DNA of 64,000 nt from Octopus vulgaris (taxonomy: Eukaryota): contig OX597828.1 of NCBI GenBank assembly GCA_951406725.2, positions 21,080,001-21,144,000 on the forward strand, written 5' to 3'. Below the pieces are notes generated by a model. That model saw only the letters and a program-made list of their open reading frames with translations, was not told the origin of the DNA and did not search any database. Each line of letters begins with the position of its first letter. The first letter of the stretch is position 1. Below are positions 24,794 to 38,072 of the stretch, one piece after another. The translations under genes and the position numbers were made by a program.

Positions 24794-25308
24794 AGGGTCT
24801 TTAAAAAATAAAATTTAAAAAAAAAAAACTGAAAAACAATGAAAAGGAGAAACAAAAAAAGAACCCAACAACAAAAAACAAACTGAAACAACTATATATA
24901 TTTAAAATAAATATTTAAATTAGAAGGAAACACTTGTGACATGAAGAACACATATGCACACACACACACACACAAAAAGAAAGCCCTCTACACAGAACAG
25001 AAATCCTAAATGGCCATTCCGTCTTGATTTGTTACTTCAAACCAACTTGTAAATAATTATAAAGATTTTTGGTTATGGAACTCCAAGAAAGATTTTTTTT
25101 TTCTTGTGGAGATGGGCTTTTGGAAATTTTTGGTGGAAGATAGCTGCGTGTGTGTGCGTGTATGTATGTGTAAAAGAAAAGGTCTACATTCTACATTTAC
25201 GAATATTGTTGCATCTTTTCACCAAAAACAGCTTCAACAACACTATAATGATGATGATGATAATGTTATTTTCTGTGTGCAAAATTCTTTAAATTTTGAA
25301 TGCTTGTG

Positions 25309-25314
25309 AATAAA
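25309..25314 (+). terminator. Probable CHAF1A polyadenylation signal
   Basis: AATAAA about 515 nt after the stop, followed by a GT/T-rich element at about 25350-25372. A second AATAAA lies at 24807-24812. Confidence 0.5.
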
Positions 25315-25599
25315 GTTAATTAGTTTGTGCACAAGGATCACAAAATCCTGTGTTTGTGTCTCTTGTGTTTTTTAACACAGATTGTTGACTGTAAGACATT
25401 TCTGTGTGTGTGTGTATGAGATGATATGTCATTTTCCTACCCAACTCTCTTCAAATTATATACTGAGCTGATTTTGGTGTTTTGTAAAATAAGGGAGAAA
25501 ATGTTGGAAACAAACACTCACTTGTGCAAGCATAAACAACACACACCCTAATGTGCAGTGACTCGTTTATGTGTATATATATATATATATATATATCTA

Positions 25600-26691
25600 T
25601 ATTGGGTCATAATTAATCCGGCTTTTTCAATTGCATGAACTAAAAATCAGAGGGGGATAGGATAAACTACATGCATCAACTTGCTATAAAAGCAGGTAGT
25701 AATTTTACCTAGTACTTATTCTTAGTGCAAGTTTTGAAGAGTGCAGTTCGATTTTGACGGTTATAATGGACGTGACAAAGGAGCATATTTGGCATATTTT
25801 GCTTTATGAGTTCAATAAAGGCAACAACGCAACAGAAACAAAGCTGGCAGAAATGTTAGCATGCTGGGCGAAATGCTTCGCGGTATTTCATCTACTGTTA
25901 GGTTCTGAGTTCAAATTCCACTGAGGTCAACTTTACCTTTCATCCTTTCGGGGTCGATAAATTAAGAACTAGTAACGCACTGGGGTTGATGTAGTCGACT
26001 TAATCCCTTTGTTTGTCCCCTCTATGTTTAGCCCCTTGTGGGCAATAAAGAAATAAGTATGAGGAATATTAATGCAGCATATGGGGATCGGATTATAAGT
26101 GTAAGTCAGTGTCAACAGTGGTTCCAGAAATTCCGAGCCTTGTCCTGGAAGATCTGTAGAGCTTGACAAGGACACCCTGCAAACCCTAGTGGGACAAAAT
26201 CCCATCGTGACTGTTGAAGAACTAGCAGAGAAGCTTGGATTTGGTTATGCAAACACTCATTCAAGTCAGTGCTAGAAGGAAAATGACCATCTTTGGTTTC
26301 AAGACAAAAGGTGTTCTTCCATCAGGATAATGCTCAGCCACATACAGCAAAGATGACATTCCAAAAGCTGGAGCAGTTTGAATGGTAAATGATGCCTCAC
26401 CCACTATATTCACTGGACATTGTCCTATCTGATTATCATTTATTCTGCAGTCTTCAAAATCATTTGGACAGAAAAAATATGAATTCTGTAGACGAGGTCA
26501 GAACAGTACTGGAGGAGTATTTTTAGTGACGGACAAGTGAATTTTGGAAGTGGGGTCTTGCAAGTCGACTAGACAGATGGAAGAGCATTGTAGAAAATGG
26601 AGAGTATATTTTAGATTAAAAAAGAACATTATCTTAATTTCAAAAGATAAAAGATGTATAAAATACGCATTATTTATGAGATGATCCAATA
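25600..26691 (+). pseudogene. Mariner transposon relic, internally deleted and interrupted by a SINE at 25842-26057
   Basis: MDVTKEHIWHILLYEFNKGNNA; FHQDNAQPHTA; HPLYSLDIVLSDYHLF (YSPDL/D34D-like). Imperfect TIRs attgggtcat / atgatccaat. Confidence 0.85.
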
Positions 26692-27498
26692 TATCTAGTA
26701 CAGAGATATGTGACAGGGTGACACCATAGTAGGATGGTGAGAGGAGGGGTGTAGCTGGTAATTAATGGAGAAGTCAAAGGCTAAGGGTGAATGATGGTAG
26801 AATAGAGCAATGGAAAGAAAACCATGGGAAATGGGAGAAACGGAATGCAACACCTTTATGAGTATATAGGCACAGGAGTGGCTGGCTTACCAATCGCATG
26901 GCTCTGGGTTCAGTCCACTATGTGGCACCTTGGGCAAGTGTCTTCTACTATAGCCTCGGGCCAACCAAAGCCTTGTGAGTGGATTTGGTAGATGGAGACT
27001 GAAAGAAGCCTGTCATATATATATATAAATGTGTGTCTGTGTTTGTCTCCCAACCATCGCTTGACAACCGACGTTGGTGTGTTTTCGTCCCCATAAGTTA
27101 GCAGTTCAGCAAAAGAGCCCGATAGAATAAGTACTAGGCTTACAAAATATAAGTCCTGGGGTCAATTTGTTCGACAAAAGGCGGTGCTTCAGCATGAACA
27201 CAGTCAAATGACTGAAACAAAAGAATATATATATATATATAATAGATCAGGAGTCGAATGAACCAGGCACTTAAATAGTAAGACACCAGTTTGGGTTGAA
27301 AAGTAAAATCTGTACACAAAAACAATAGGAATAGATATGTGGTGACTGAAGTGCAAGCAAAAAGACATTCAGGTTATGTATATGATTAACTGTATCTGAC
27401 TGGGTGTATCAATAACCCTGATGCTAATCAAGAAATGCATGGTCCATAATATACTTCAGATCTATGCAAGGAGCAGGTTCCGAGAGCGGTGAATAATA

Positions 27499-27663
27499 AA
27501 TAACAAGAGATGGATACTGTGTCAATTCACTACAGCTGTTTCCAACACATTTTTAACTGATTAATGGAAAAAACGTTTGCATCAGGATTTTTCTAATGGT
27601 GTAAATCAAAAATATATTGGAAACAGCTGTAGTGAATTGTCACAGTATCCATCTGTTGTTATT
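27499..27663. repeat. Inverted repeat with arms of about 55 bp (MITE/hairpin)
   Basis: agatggatactgtgtcaattcactacagctgtttccaa versus ttggaaacagctgtagtgaattgtcacagtatccatct. Confidence 0.8.
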
Positions 27664-27880
27664 CATATGTATATGCATCTGTTTATAATTGTGCATCTTC
27701 ATAACTTGCTGAGCTACAACATTGATGATGCTGCCATTTCTCCTGTTGATAAATCATTTGCTGGATGTTCTTCCTGTTGTCAACTCTTATAAGTTTTCAA
27801 GATGAGGTAATATTACTCCGTAGCTAGATATGCTTTCCATGGAAGGCTAGAAACGAGTAATATCATTTGAATGATGATGT

Positions 27881-28109
27881 TTAACCCTTTAGCATTTAAA
27901 CCGGCCATATCCGGCCAAAAGTATTCTGCCTGTTTTATGTTCAAACTGGCCAGATCTGGTCTCTCACACCAACCCTACAATATCGTTTTAAAAATTAACA
28001 GCTACCTCATCAAAATCTCATAGCTACAAGATAATGCATGATTAGTTCAAAACAATGTGGATGAAAAAGGATTAATTTTGGCAGAATAATGTGAACACTA
28101 AAGGGTTAA
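27881..28109. mobile_element. piggyBac-like MITE family A copy
   Basis: TTAA TSD; nearly identical to 2110-2328. Confidence 0.85.
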
Positions 28110-29757
28110 AACCCATCATATGTTGCCTAGACAAAAGTACACACACACATATATGATGGGGTTCTTTCAGTTTCCATCTGCTAAATTCACTCACAAAGCT
28201 TTGATCTGTCTGAGGTTTTTCTAGGAGACACTTTCTCGTGGAACCCTGCAGTGGGACCAAAACCAAGTAGCTGGGAAGCAAGCCTCTTAACCTCACAGCC
28301 ACATCTGGAAATTTCGAAATGGATGTAAAGACAAATGCAACAAACAGACTCAGCAAAACTGGAAAGAAGACGGGTCTTCTGTATCTGAAGAAGGTCTGAC
28401 AAAAATAAGAATTGATCAGAATAATATTTTTTTTTTCTACTACACGGAGATAAAAGCTGTGGTGCACATTCATATTTCAGAACAAGGCTAAAATCATGTC
28501 TATCAGAAAAAGGTATACTATACATCATCATCATTTAATAACTATTTTCCATGTTGGCATGGTTTGACTGGAAACTGGTAAGCTGCACCAGGTTCCAATC
28601 TGATTTGGTATGATTTCCATGGCTGGATGCCCTTCCTAAAACCAACCACTCCAAGAGTGTAGTGGGTGCTTTTCACATGCCAGTTACATAAACACCAGCA
28701 TTGGCCATGACTATGATCTCACTTGGCTTGACAGGTCAACACGAGCACGGTATATCGCCAAAGGTCTTGGTCACCTGTCACTGCCTCCAAGAGGCCCAAC
28801 GCTCGTATGGTACTTTTTACACCCCACTGGCACAGGTGCCAGTTATGCGACACTGGCATCAGCCACAACTACAACTTCACTTGGCTTGACATACCATACA
28901 TCTCTAATCATTACAAAATTGCTGTGTAGTGCTTTATGAATTAATTAGTGTTTGTTGACAGAATGAGTGTCACATTAAGTTGACAACATACAATCACTTT
29001 ATCATGCTGCATAAATCTGAGAGATTTAGAAATGTATTATTTCTATTTTCATAAACGGATTGGTTGCTTGTTTCTCTGGAATTGGTCAAATCGATGTAGA
29101 CGTCTCTGATGAGTAAGATTCGAAATTTGATTGACGTGCTTCATCATTTTTGCAATCTACAGAGAAACAGTTAAATTAGGCCTGTTTATATATCTGCTAC
29201 ATAGGTTACATATCTTTACTTATCTGAAGAATCATGTTACATATTCTAACATGCATTATTGCTGTCTGCTCATGTGTTTCCAGCATGGAATTGTCCAATT
29301 TCATAATCTGGACATATTTATTTCAATGATGCACAAAATCAAAAAATCAAAAAAAAAAACCATATATATATACCACCGTGATCACTGTGACTGACCAGGC
29401 TATCAGATGTTGCTACACATTGCTGGTCACAATGCGCTTTGCATTGTTTTTTAGCCTTCAAATGACGCCACCCTGCTGGCTTAGCGAGCAGGCCAACAGA
29501 AGAAAGTTGTGGCGAAAGAGTACAGCAGGGATCACCACCACCCCTTGCCGGAGCCTCATGGAGCTTTAGGTGTTTTCGCTAAATAAACACTCACAATGCC
29601 CGGTCTGGGAATCAAAACCACGATCCTACAACTGTGAGTCCGCTGCCCTAACCACTGGGCCATTGCGCCTCCATATATATCATCATCATCATCCGCTTTC
29701 CAATAAAAAAACAAACAACCTTTTGTAGAAAATAAAAGATCAATAAAAAGAAATATT

Positions 29758-29763
29758 TTTATT
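29758..29763 (-). terminator. AATAAA overlapping the SNAPC3 stop codon
   Basis: Minus strand reads TTA TAA ATAAAAATA, followed by U/GU-rich sequence. Confidence 0.45.
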
Positions 29764-29910
29764 TATAAAACCGTATGAGAATCAAAATATTTGTAGGCTT
29801 TAAAGTTTCCAATTTTCTTGCCATTTTGATCGTAATGTATTGATCGAAAACACACTTGACAGTAAAATGATGGATCTTCTAAAGAATTAAAACTTCCCTC
29901 CGTCATCCAT
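29763..29910 (-). CDS. SNAPC3: SNAPC3 terminal exon, second CxxC, stop TAA
   Basis: ttccag|A TGG ATG...TTA TAA. Translates WMTEGSFNSLEDPSFYCQVCFRSIHYDQNGKKIGNFKAYKYFDSHTVL*, resembling human EDPCFFCDVCFRMLHYD. Confidence 0.95.
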
Positions 29911-30907
29911 CTGGAAAGACATTATAAAGGATACAAAACGTAAATCCATATGCAATGTTAATATGTTGTATGTGTGTCCAATGACTGTTAATACCGTCAT
30001 TGTTTAACCTTTTTCTTTTCAGATTTCTCTGTCAAATATAATGTTTATTCACATTGTTCTGAATTAATCATGCAATTTGTGTGGAAGTGTGTGGTTTCAT
30101 GGGTAGGGATATTCAACTCACAATCATAAGGTCAGGAGTTCAATTCCTGGTGGCACACTGTGTCCTTGAGCAAGACACTTTATTCCATATTGCTTCAGCC
30201 AAGTGACCTACTAAAAGTGAGTTGTATACTCTTTACTCTTTTACTTGTTTCAGTCATTTGACTGCGGCCATGCTGGAGCACTGCCTTTAGTCGAGCAAAT
30301 TGACCCCGGGACTTGTTCTTTGTAAGCCCAGTACTTATTCTATCGGTTTCTTTTGCCAAACCGCTAAGTGACAGGGACGTAAACACACCAGCATCGGTTG
30401 TCAAGCAATGCTAGGGGGACAAACACAGACACACAAAAAAAATTCCCAGTTCAAAAACCACCATCCTCAACCGTTGCAAGCATTTGGGCAACATTTCCAG
30501 TTTGATGATGCCTTCCAACCATTTTCAGAAGTTTTTGAAGTGACACGGAGAATGTTTTTCCTCCTCATCATCATCATCGTTTTACGTCCGCTTTCCATGC
30601 TGGCATGGGTTGGACGGTTTCACAGAGGAGTGGCAAGCCAGAGGCAGTACCAGGCTCAGTCTGATCTGGCAAAGTTTCTACAGCTGGATGCCCTACCTAA
30701 CGTCAATAACCCAAAGTGTGTAGTGGGTGCTTTTACGTGCCACTGGCACGAGGGCCCAGTCAGGCAGTTCTGGCAACGACCATGCTCAAAAGGTGTTTTT
30801 ATGTACTACCTGCACGGGAGCCAGTCCGGCGGCACTGGCAACGACCACGCTCAGAAGTTTTTCATGCATCACCAGCATGTGAAAAAAAAAGAACAAAGAA
30901 AAATTAC

Positions 30908-31015
30908 CTTGCGGAATCAAAAGCACAAATCCTGCAGATAGTTCGTTTCTTGCTCGGCCGTTTCACTAAGTAAGGATAATCGAGTATATTGAAGCTGTCG
31001 TGTGGATGTAGCATG
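30908..31015 (-). CDS. SNAPC3: SNAPC3 exon, first CxxC
   Basis: ttgcag|C ATG...GCA AG|gtaat. Translates MLHPHDSFNILDYPYLVKRPSKKRTICRICAFDSA. Confidence 0.94.
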
Positions 31016-31084
31016 CTGCAAAGAAGAAGATAAGAGTACAAGTTTGGCCCTTTTCCCTTATTATTTTTTAAAAAAAGACATAGT

Positions 31085-31505
31085 ACTAGTTAAGTTAAGT
31101 TAATTTTTGGCTCAAAAAGCAAAAAGCAAGGCCATGTAGGAGGACATGGAGTTATGTACAGAGAGGGTGTTCATGCAAAGAGTTCAGGCCATTTCTGGTC
31201 AAGAGAGACTTTGAACCGAGCGGTCGTTGGCATCTTCACTATCTTGTCCGGCAGCTTATTCCACAGATCCACAACCCGGACGGGAAAGCCCCTCTCCTTC
31301 GATTGAGATGAAATCGTCGCAGATAGAGCTTTTCAGAGTGACCCTGCATCCGACGCTCTGGAGCAAGAGTGAAGAACAGCTCTTTCGAGAGGTTACACTT
31401 TCCGCTTATGATGATGTGAGCAAGAATGAGATCACCACGGCGTCGTCGTTTTTCTAGAGAATAAAGGTCGAGCGTCTTCAGCCTTTCTTCATAAGACATG
31501 TTTCA
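31085..31505 (-). mobile_element. CR1-clade LINE 3' fragment
   Basis: SYEERLKTLDLYSLEKRRRRGDLI...RMQGHSEKL, a typical CR1 ORF2 C-terminus. Confidence 0.85.
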
Positions 31506-31859
31506 CACCATCATCATCATCACTTGTAAGCGTTTAGAGCTAGTCTCCACGTATATATTATCTTCTTTTATTCTTTTACTTGTTTCAGTTATTTGATTGC
31601 GGCCAAGCTAGAGCACCGCCTTTCATCGAACAAATTGACCTCAGAACTTTGTATGTCTAGTGCTTATTCTATCGGGCTCTATTGTCGAACTACTAAGTTA
31701 CGGGGATGTAAACACACCAACATCGGTTGTCAAGCAATGATGGAGGAACAAACAGATACACAAATACATACATGCATATATATATATACATGCATATATA
31801 TATATACACACACACGACAGGCTTCTTTCAGTTTAACCAAATCCACTCACAAGGCTTTG

Positions 31860-32480
31860 GGTCCTAGACGTGAAATTAGGGTCCCAGACAGGCTCCTGCC
31901 ACTCCAGAACATATCAGGGAATAGTGGTGGATACATGCATGCATCTGGAAACCACATGTAAACTTGTATTCCCACTAAAACTCTGGACATGAACTCTACA
32001 CCTCAACAATGAATGATAACCACAGCTATGGCCTTCATTGCTATCCAACATAACTGCTCTCCTAATGGGGCATCTATCAAATTTTGGAAGATAGATTTTT
32101 GGCCCACAAGCAGAAGCATTACTTTGCCTGCTGGAATATTAGTAAGGCTGATTGTCGGATGTGGTCAGCATTCATGAGGGACACACTGAACTCATTGACT
32201 CAACCCATTGTAGGTAAATGTCACCTCAAGTCCAAGTATTTGTATGTAAGTGGTGACCACAGGATCCATCAAATCCTGTATCCCCTGACCACAGGGCTAT
32301 CTTCTGCTATATGGCACAAAACTAAGGTCCTTGATAGGTCATGCAGCACTCTAATCCAGGCCAGAACAGACCTGGAAGCAGTGATAATTAAGAGGTCAAT
32401 ATCATAGAGAATGCTTGAGTCAGAGCTTCACCAGTAGATGTAACTAAGTTTCTTACCCAAGACTAAATTAGGGGTTGGTT
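31860..32480 (-). mobile_element. Possible highly degenerate LINE RT fragment
   Basis: Non-SINE, non-microsatellite intronic segment with a frameshifted YKYLG-like remnant (ttacatacaaatacttggactt) on the minus strand. Confidence 0.3.
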
Positions 32481-32533
32481 TTGAAATGATTAAGAGGGTT
32501 TATATGGTTATATCAAAGGATAGTTTTACTCAC

Positions 32534-32689
32534 CGTATATCAGACACCACAAGCAGGTGTTCACAGTTACCCTGGTGCATGTAGACATAAGGGTAACCAA
32601 TCCTTAAGCTGAGGTCACTGAACTTGGTGCCTTCCATTGGCAGACTTTTGTAATGGGTCCCTGATTTGGCAGCCCATGCAATTACTTCA
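32534..32689 (-). CDS. SNAPC3: SNAPC3 exon, zinc-binding HxGxCxH motif
   Basis: ttacag|T GAA...ATA CG|gtgagt. Contains MEGTKFSDLSLRIGYPYVYMHQGNCEHLLVVSDIR (SNAP50 hallmark LGFPYLYCHQGDCEH). Confidence 0.96.
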
Positions 32690-34738
32690 CTGTAAAAAAA
32701 ATATATATATATATGTATGTGTGTATAGATGCACACAAACTAAATTAATAAAAATGCAAACAAAGAAACATCCTCTGCCTGCCTAACCATCACATGCCTT
32801 CACCATATAAACCAGTGGTTCTCAAACAAGGGTGGAGGCGCAATGGCCCAGTGGTTAGGGCAGCAGACTCGCGGTTAAAGGATTGCAGTTTCGATTCCAA
32901 GACTGGGCGTTGTGTGTGTTTATTGAGCGAAAACACCTAAAAGCTCCACAAGGCTCTGGCAGGAGGTGGTGGCGACCCCTGTTGTACTCTTTCGCCAAAA
33001 CTTTCTCTCACTCTCTCTTCCTGTTTCTTGAGTAACACTGCAATGGACTGGCGTCCTGTCTAGCTGGGGGGAACACATACGCCACAGAAACCGGGAAACC
33101 AGGCCCATGAGCCTGGCTAGGCTTGAAAAGGGCGATGTTTATCGTTATCTCAACCAAGGTCCATGTAGCTCTTGGGGGTTCAAATAAGATTTTGCTGTTC
33201 AATAAATTGGTTATACTTCTTCAATACACAAAATATTTTAACAATTTTTATAAAATTCCTAATAATATTTAATTTTAAGAATATAATGGGACTTTATGAA
33301 ACATTGAATGTTTATTAGGGTCCATGATGATGATCATCATCATCGTTTTACTGCCGCTTTCCATGCTGGCATGGGTTGGACGGTTTGACTGTGGGCTGGT
33401 GAGCCAGAGGCTGCTCCAGGCTCAATGTGATCTGGCAAAGTTTCTACAGCTGAATGCCCTTCCTAATGCCAACCACTCTGAGAGTGTAGTGGGTGCTTTT
33501 TACATGCCACCGGTATGAGGGCCAGTCAATGATGGTTGTGATGCACACGAGGGTGCGGAGAACCCAGAGTGTTGTAATAAAGATTTTGCTTCTGAATCCA
33601 TGGCACCTTGGGTGAGTGTCTTCCATTATAACCTAGAGCTGACCAAAGTCTTGTGAGTGGATTTGGTAGATGGAAACTGAAAGAAGCTCATTGCACACAC
33701 ACACAAAAAACACCATTTGAGCGTGGCCGTCGCCAGTACCGCCTGACTGCCCCTCGTGCCGGTGGCATGTAAAAGCACCCACTACATCTTGGAATGGTTA
33801 GCATTAGGAAAGGCATCCAGCTGTAGACACTCTGCCATTTCAAGATTGGAGCCTGGTGCAGCCATCTGGTTCGCCAGTCCTCAGTCAAATCGTCCGACCC
33901 ATGCTAGCATGGAAAGCGGATGCTGAACGATGATGATGATGATGTGTACGTGGGTGTCTTGGTATCTGACAGCGAGTGTTGATATGTTTATGCCTCCCGT
34001 AACTTAGTGGTTCAGCAAAAAAGTCTGATAAAAGAAGTACCAGGATTAAAAAACAAAAAGTACTGGGGTTAATTTGTTCAAGTGAAATTTTTCAAGGCGG
34101 TGCCCCAGCATGGCCACAGTCTAATGACTGAAACAATTAAAAGATAAAATATGGGCGCAGGAGTGGCTGTTTGGTAAGTAGCTTGCTAACCAACCACATG
34201 GTTCCGGGTTCAGTCCCACTGCATGGCATCTTGGGCAAGTGTCTTCTGCTATAGCCCCAGGCCGACCAATGCCTTGTGAGTGGATTTGGTAGACGGAAAC
34301 TGAAAGAAGCCTGTCGTATATATGTATATATATATAAGTGTGTGTGTATATGTTTGTGTGTCTGTTTGTCCCCCTAGCATTGCTTGACAACCGATGCTGG
34401 TGTGTTTACGTCCCCGTCACTTAGCGGTTCGGCAAAAGAGACTGATAGAATAAGTACTGGGCTTACAAAGAATAAGTCCCGGGGTCGATTTGCTCGACTA
34501 AAGGCGGTGCTCCAGCATGGCCGCAGTCAAATGACTGAAACAAGTAAAAGAGTAAAAGAGAGTATCAAATCATCCTAATCGTCATCATTGTCTGCCTTCC
34601 ATGGGTTGGATGGTTTGGCAGGTGCTAGCTAGGCAGAAGACTACCAGGCTTCACTGTATGTTTTGGAATGGTTTTGATAGCTGGATATTCTTCCTCATAT
34701 CATTTTACGCACACACACACACACACACTTATACTTAC

Positions 34739-34821
34739 TCGCTATATTTTAGACTGTCAGCATGTCTTGTGTCATCATAAAAGATGTCCTCAATGAAGAA
34801 ATATCCAGCCTTGAAAATATC
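34739..34821 (-). CDS. SNAPC3: SNAPC3 exon
   Basis: ttgcag|GAT...AGC GA|gtaagt. Translates DIFKAGYFFIEDIFYDDTRHADSLKYS, resembling human KSAFFYFEGTFYNDKR. Confidence 0.93.
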
Positions 34822-35055
34822 CTGCAACAGAAGAAGATGAAGATGAGCAATGGTGACTCCCTGTCTCTAGAGATGAAGATTGTAATTCTAGGGATGCCGG
34901 AGGTAAATAAAACTCTGGGGTGAAGGACCTTTATGATAGGGTAGTTGTTTAACTCTAGCTCAGCCCTGATCAAGCAGAATTATAATCACAAATGTTCTAA
35001 ACCTGACCATTCCGTTTTCTTCTTCTTCATCATCAATAATAATAATAATAATAAT

Positions 35056-35330
35056 ACTAAAGGGAAGTTAAACAGTTTTGGTTGATGGAAAAGATAGCAG
35101 TAGTACTAATAATTGTCGGAGCCCTGGGAACAGTGAGCAAAAATCTCGAGATGTACATGGAACAAGTAAGGGCTGCAATAAGGGTGGAGCACTTGCAGAA
35201 AACAGCACTGCTTGGAACCGCTCGAATACTCCGGATGGTGCTCAAAAAATAAGAAGTGTTACCTTAGTTCACTGGTAGTGAACAGCCGACACTGTAGTAC
35301 ATCTCCAGTATTAGAAGCTGTGCAAAGGCA
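35056..35330 (+). mobile_element. R4/Dong-type LINE 3' end embedded in (AAT)n
   Basis: IIVGALGTVSKNL...LQKTALLGTARILRMVL*, with (AAT)n on both sides. Confidence 0.8.
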
Positions 35331-36319
35331 ATAATAATAATAATCATCATCATCGTTTAACATCCGTTTTCCGTGATAGCATGCCTTTCCTAACGCCAAC
35401 CAAATAATAATAATAATAATCCTTTTTACAAAAGGCACAAGGTCTGAAATCTTGTGGGAGGGGACTAGTCAATTACATCAACCCCAGTGTTTCACTGGTA
35501 CTTAATTTATTGACCCTGAGAGGGTGAAAGGCAAAGTTGGCCTCGGTTGAATTTGAACTCAGAATGCCACGAAACATTTTGCCTGGCCTTTTAACGATTC
35601 TGCCAGCTCACCGCCTTAATAATAACAATAATAATAATAATGATATTTAATCTTTTAGCATCTAAATCTGCCATATCTGGCCCAAAATGTTCTACATGTT
35701 TTATGTTGAAGTTGATCAGGCCTCTCACACTTATCTGATAATGTCATTCAAATCATAAACAACCATGTCTTCGAAATCTCAAAGCTATGAGATAGTGCAT
35801 GAGCGTGGCCGTTGCCAGTACCGCCTGACTGGCCCTCGTGCTGATGGCACATAAAAGTACCCACTACACTCTCGGAGTGGTTGGCATTAGGAAGGGCATC
35901 CAGCTGTAGAAACTCTGCCAGATCAGATTGGAGCCTGGTGCAGCCATCTGGATTGCCAGTCCTCAGTCAAAACGTCCAACCAATGCCAGCGTGGAAATGA
36001 TGATGATGATGATGATGATATATATATATATATATATACGTATATGTTTGTGTGTCTGTGTTTGGCCCCCCCCCCCAACATCGCTTGACAACTGATGCTA
36101 GTGTGTTTACATACCCGTAACTTAGCAGTTCGGCAAGAGAGACCGACAGAATAAGTACTAGGCTTACAAAGAATAAGTCCTGGGGCTGGTTTGTTCAACT
36201 AAAGCCGGTGCTGCAGCATGGCCGCAGTCAAATGACTGAAAATAATAAAAGAATAGGTACTTATCTATAAAAGGAAAGGATTAGCAACAAATGGCCGAGA
36301 GAGAGAGAGAGATACATAC

Positions 36320-36460
36320 CCGGGCACACAGGTTAATATCCAGGTCTGGATCTTCACTGTAATCACCAGTAACGAGAAGGTCGTTAACACAGCAAATACG
36401 GTCACGTAGTTCTGTCAGCTTCTGTTGACCCAACACAGCAAAGGCATGTTCTAACCCCAT
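36320..36460 (-). CDS. SNAPC3: SNAPC3 exon, start of the conserved domain
   Basis: ctccag|ATG...CGG|gtatgt. Contains VLGQQKLTELRDRICCVNDL, resembling human [20 protein letters not shown]. Confidence 0.93.
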
Positions 36461-37940
36461 CTGGAGAAATGGAGAGAGTGAGAAAGAAGAAAGAGGAGTA
36501 GAAAGGAGACATAATAAACAAGAGTTTGTGTGTGTGTGTGTATGTATGTATAGAGAAGAGAAGAACAACATAATAAAGAAGCAGAAAGAGAGAGAGAGAG
36601 AGAGACATAGGCATAGTGTGGAGGCACATGGCCTAGTGGTTAGAGCAGCTACTCGCAGTCGATGGATCGCGGGTTCGAATCGCAGACCGGGTGATGCGTG
36701 TGTTTATGAGTGAAACACCTAAGTTCCATGCGGCTCCGGCAAAAGTTAATGGCGAACTTCTGCTGACTCTTTTGCCACAACTTTCTCTCACTCTTTCTTC
36801 CTGCATCTTGCAGCTCACCTGCGACGGACCGGCGTCCCGTCCAGGTGGGGAACCTATACACCAAGGAAACTGGGAAACCAGCCCTTATGAGCCAGGCATT
36901 GCTTGAGAAGGAACAAAAAAACCAATAGGCACAGCGAATGGGTGAGGAAATTTGGAGGCTCAGGAAAGGAATGAGAAAGATTAGTTAGGATCATTGAAAA
37001 TTTGCGGCTTGAGAGATGAAGGATGAGAGCTACGTCTTTGCGTCTGACGCCACTTTGGCAAACATCTTTTTGTCCATGTCTTTTGGTCTGATGTCTTTTT
37101 TGGCCGATGATTTCTTTTTGTCCAACAGCAAATCCTATCAATAAAATTTTCAAGGATTATTTGGTTTTGATGTTCACTTTCTTTTCTAAAAAGTTTATTT
37201 AAAATTGGAAAAAAAAAAAAAAAATTCAATGGCGTAGGAGTGGCTGTGTGGTAAGTAGCTTGCTTACGAACCACATGGCTCCAGGTTCAGTTCCACTGCG
37301 TGGCACCTTGGGCAAGTGTCTTCTACTATAGCTTCAGGCTGACCAAAGCCTTGTGAGTGGATTTGGTTGACGGAAACTGAAAGAAGCCTGTCGTATATAT
37401 GTATATATATGTATGTGTGTGTGTCTGGTTTGTCCCCCCACCCAACATCACTTGATAACCGATGGTGGTGTATTTACGTCCCCGTAACTTAGCGGTTCGG
37501 CAAAAGAGACCGATAGAATAAGAACTAGGCTTACAAAGAATAAGTCCTGGGGGTCGACTTGCTCAACTAAAAGGCAGTGCTCCAGCATGGCCACAGTCAC
37601 ATGACTGAAACAAATAAAAGAGTAGGACAACAAAAAAAAAACGTGGATGAAGTGACATTTGACGAAGAGTTGGGTCACGGAAGTATGGTGGGGATATCTC
37701 GGGGAGGAAACTGAGTAAAAGACCCAGTTAGGCACACACATACACACACACATGCATACACAGTACTCAACATAGTTTCATAAGGTCAGTCAGGGATCTT
37801 CTTGAGAAATAAATATCGCCAGTCACCCTGGTTCCTTGTCATCCCCACCAAGAAATTCAAGGTCTCAAGGTCATGATTTTTATCCCTTAGTTTGATTTTG
37901 AAATGCAGAATAATAAAGAAGAAGAGTCGAAGATACTCAC

Positions 37941-38072
37941 CCCGGCCAGAGATATGGATCTGCTGACATTTCGGCCAGTTTCTCGTGACTTGTATAAAGA
38001 GATGAGGAGCAAAGCATCAGGAGTGACTACTCTATGTTCGTCTGGGGGTAATGGTCTGACTTCATCAGCCAA
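37941..38072 (-). CDS. SNAPC3: SNAPC3 exon
   Basis: ctttag|TTG...GGG|gtgagt. Translates LADEVRPLPPDEHRVVTPDALLLISLYKSRETGRNVSRSISLAG, phase 0 to 0. Confidence 0.8.

Noticed and set aside
28290-29320. Possible extra minus-strand exons downstream of SNAPC3
   Set aside because: SNAPC3 is already complete at 29763. Candidate frames stop early and show no recognisable homology.
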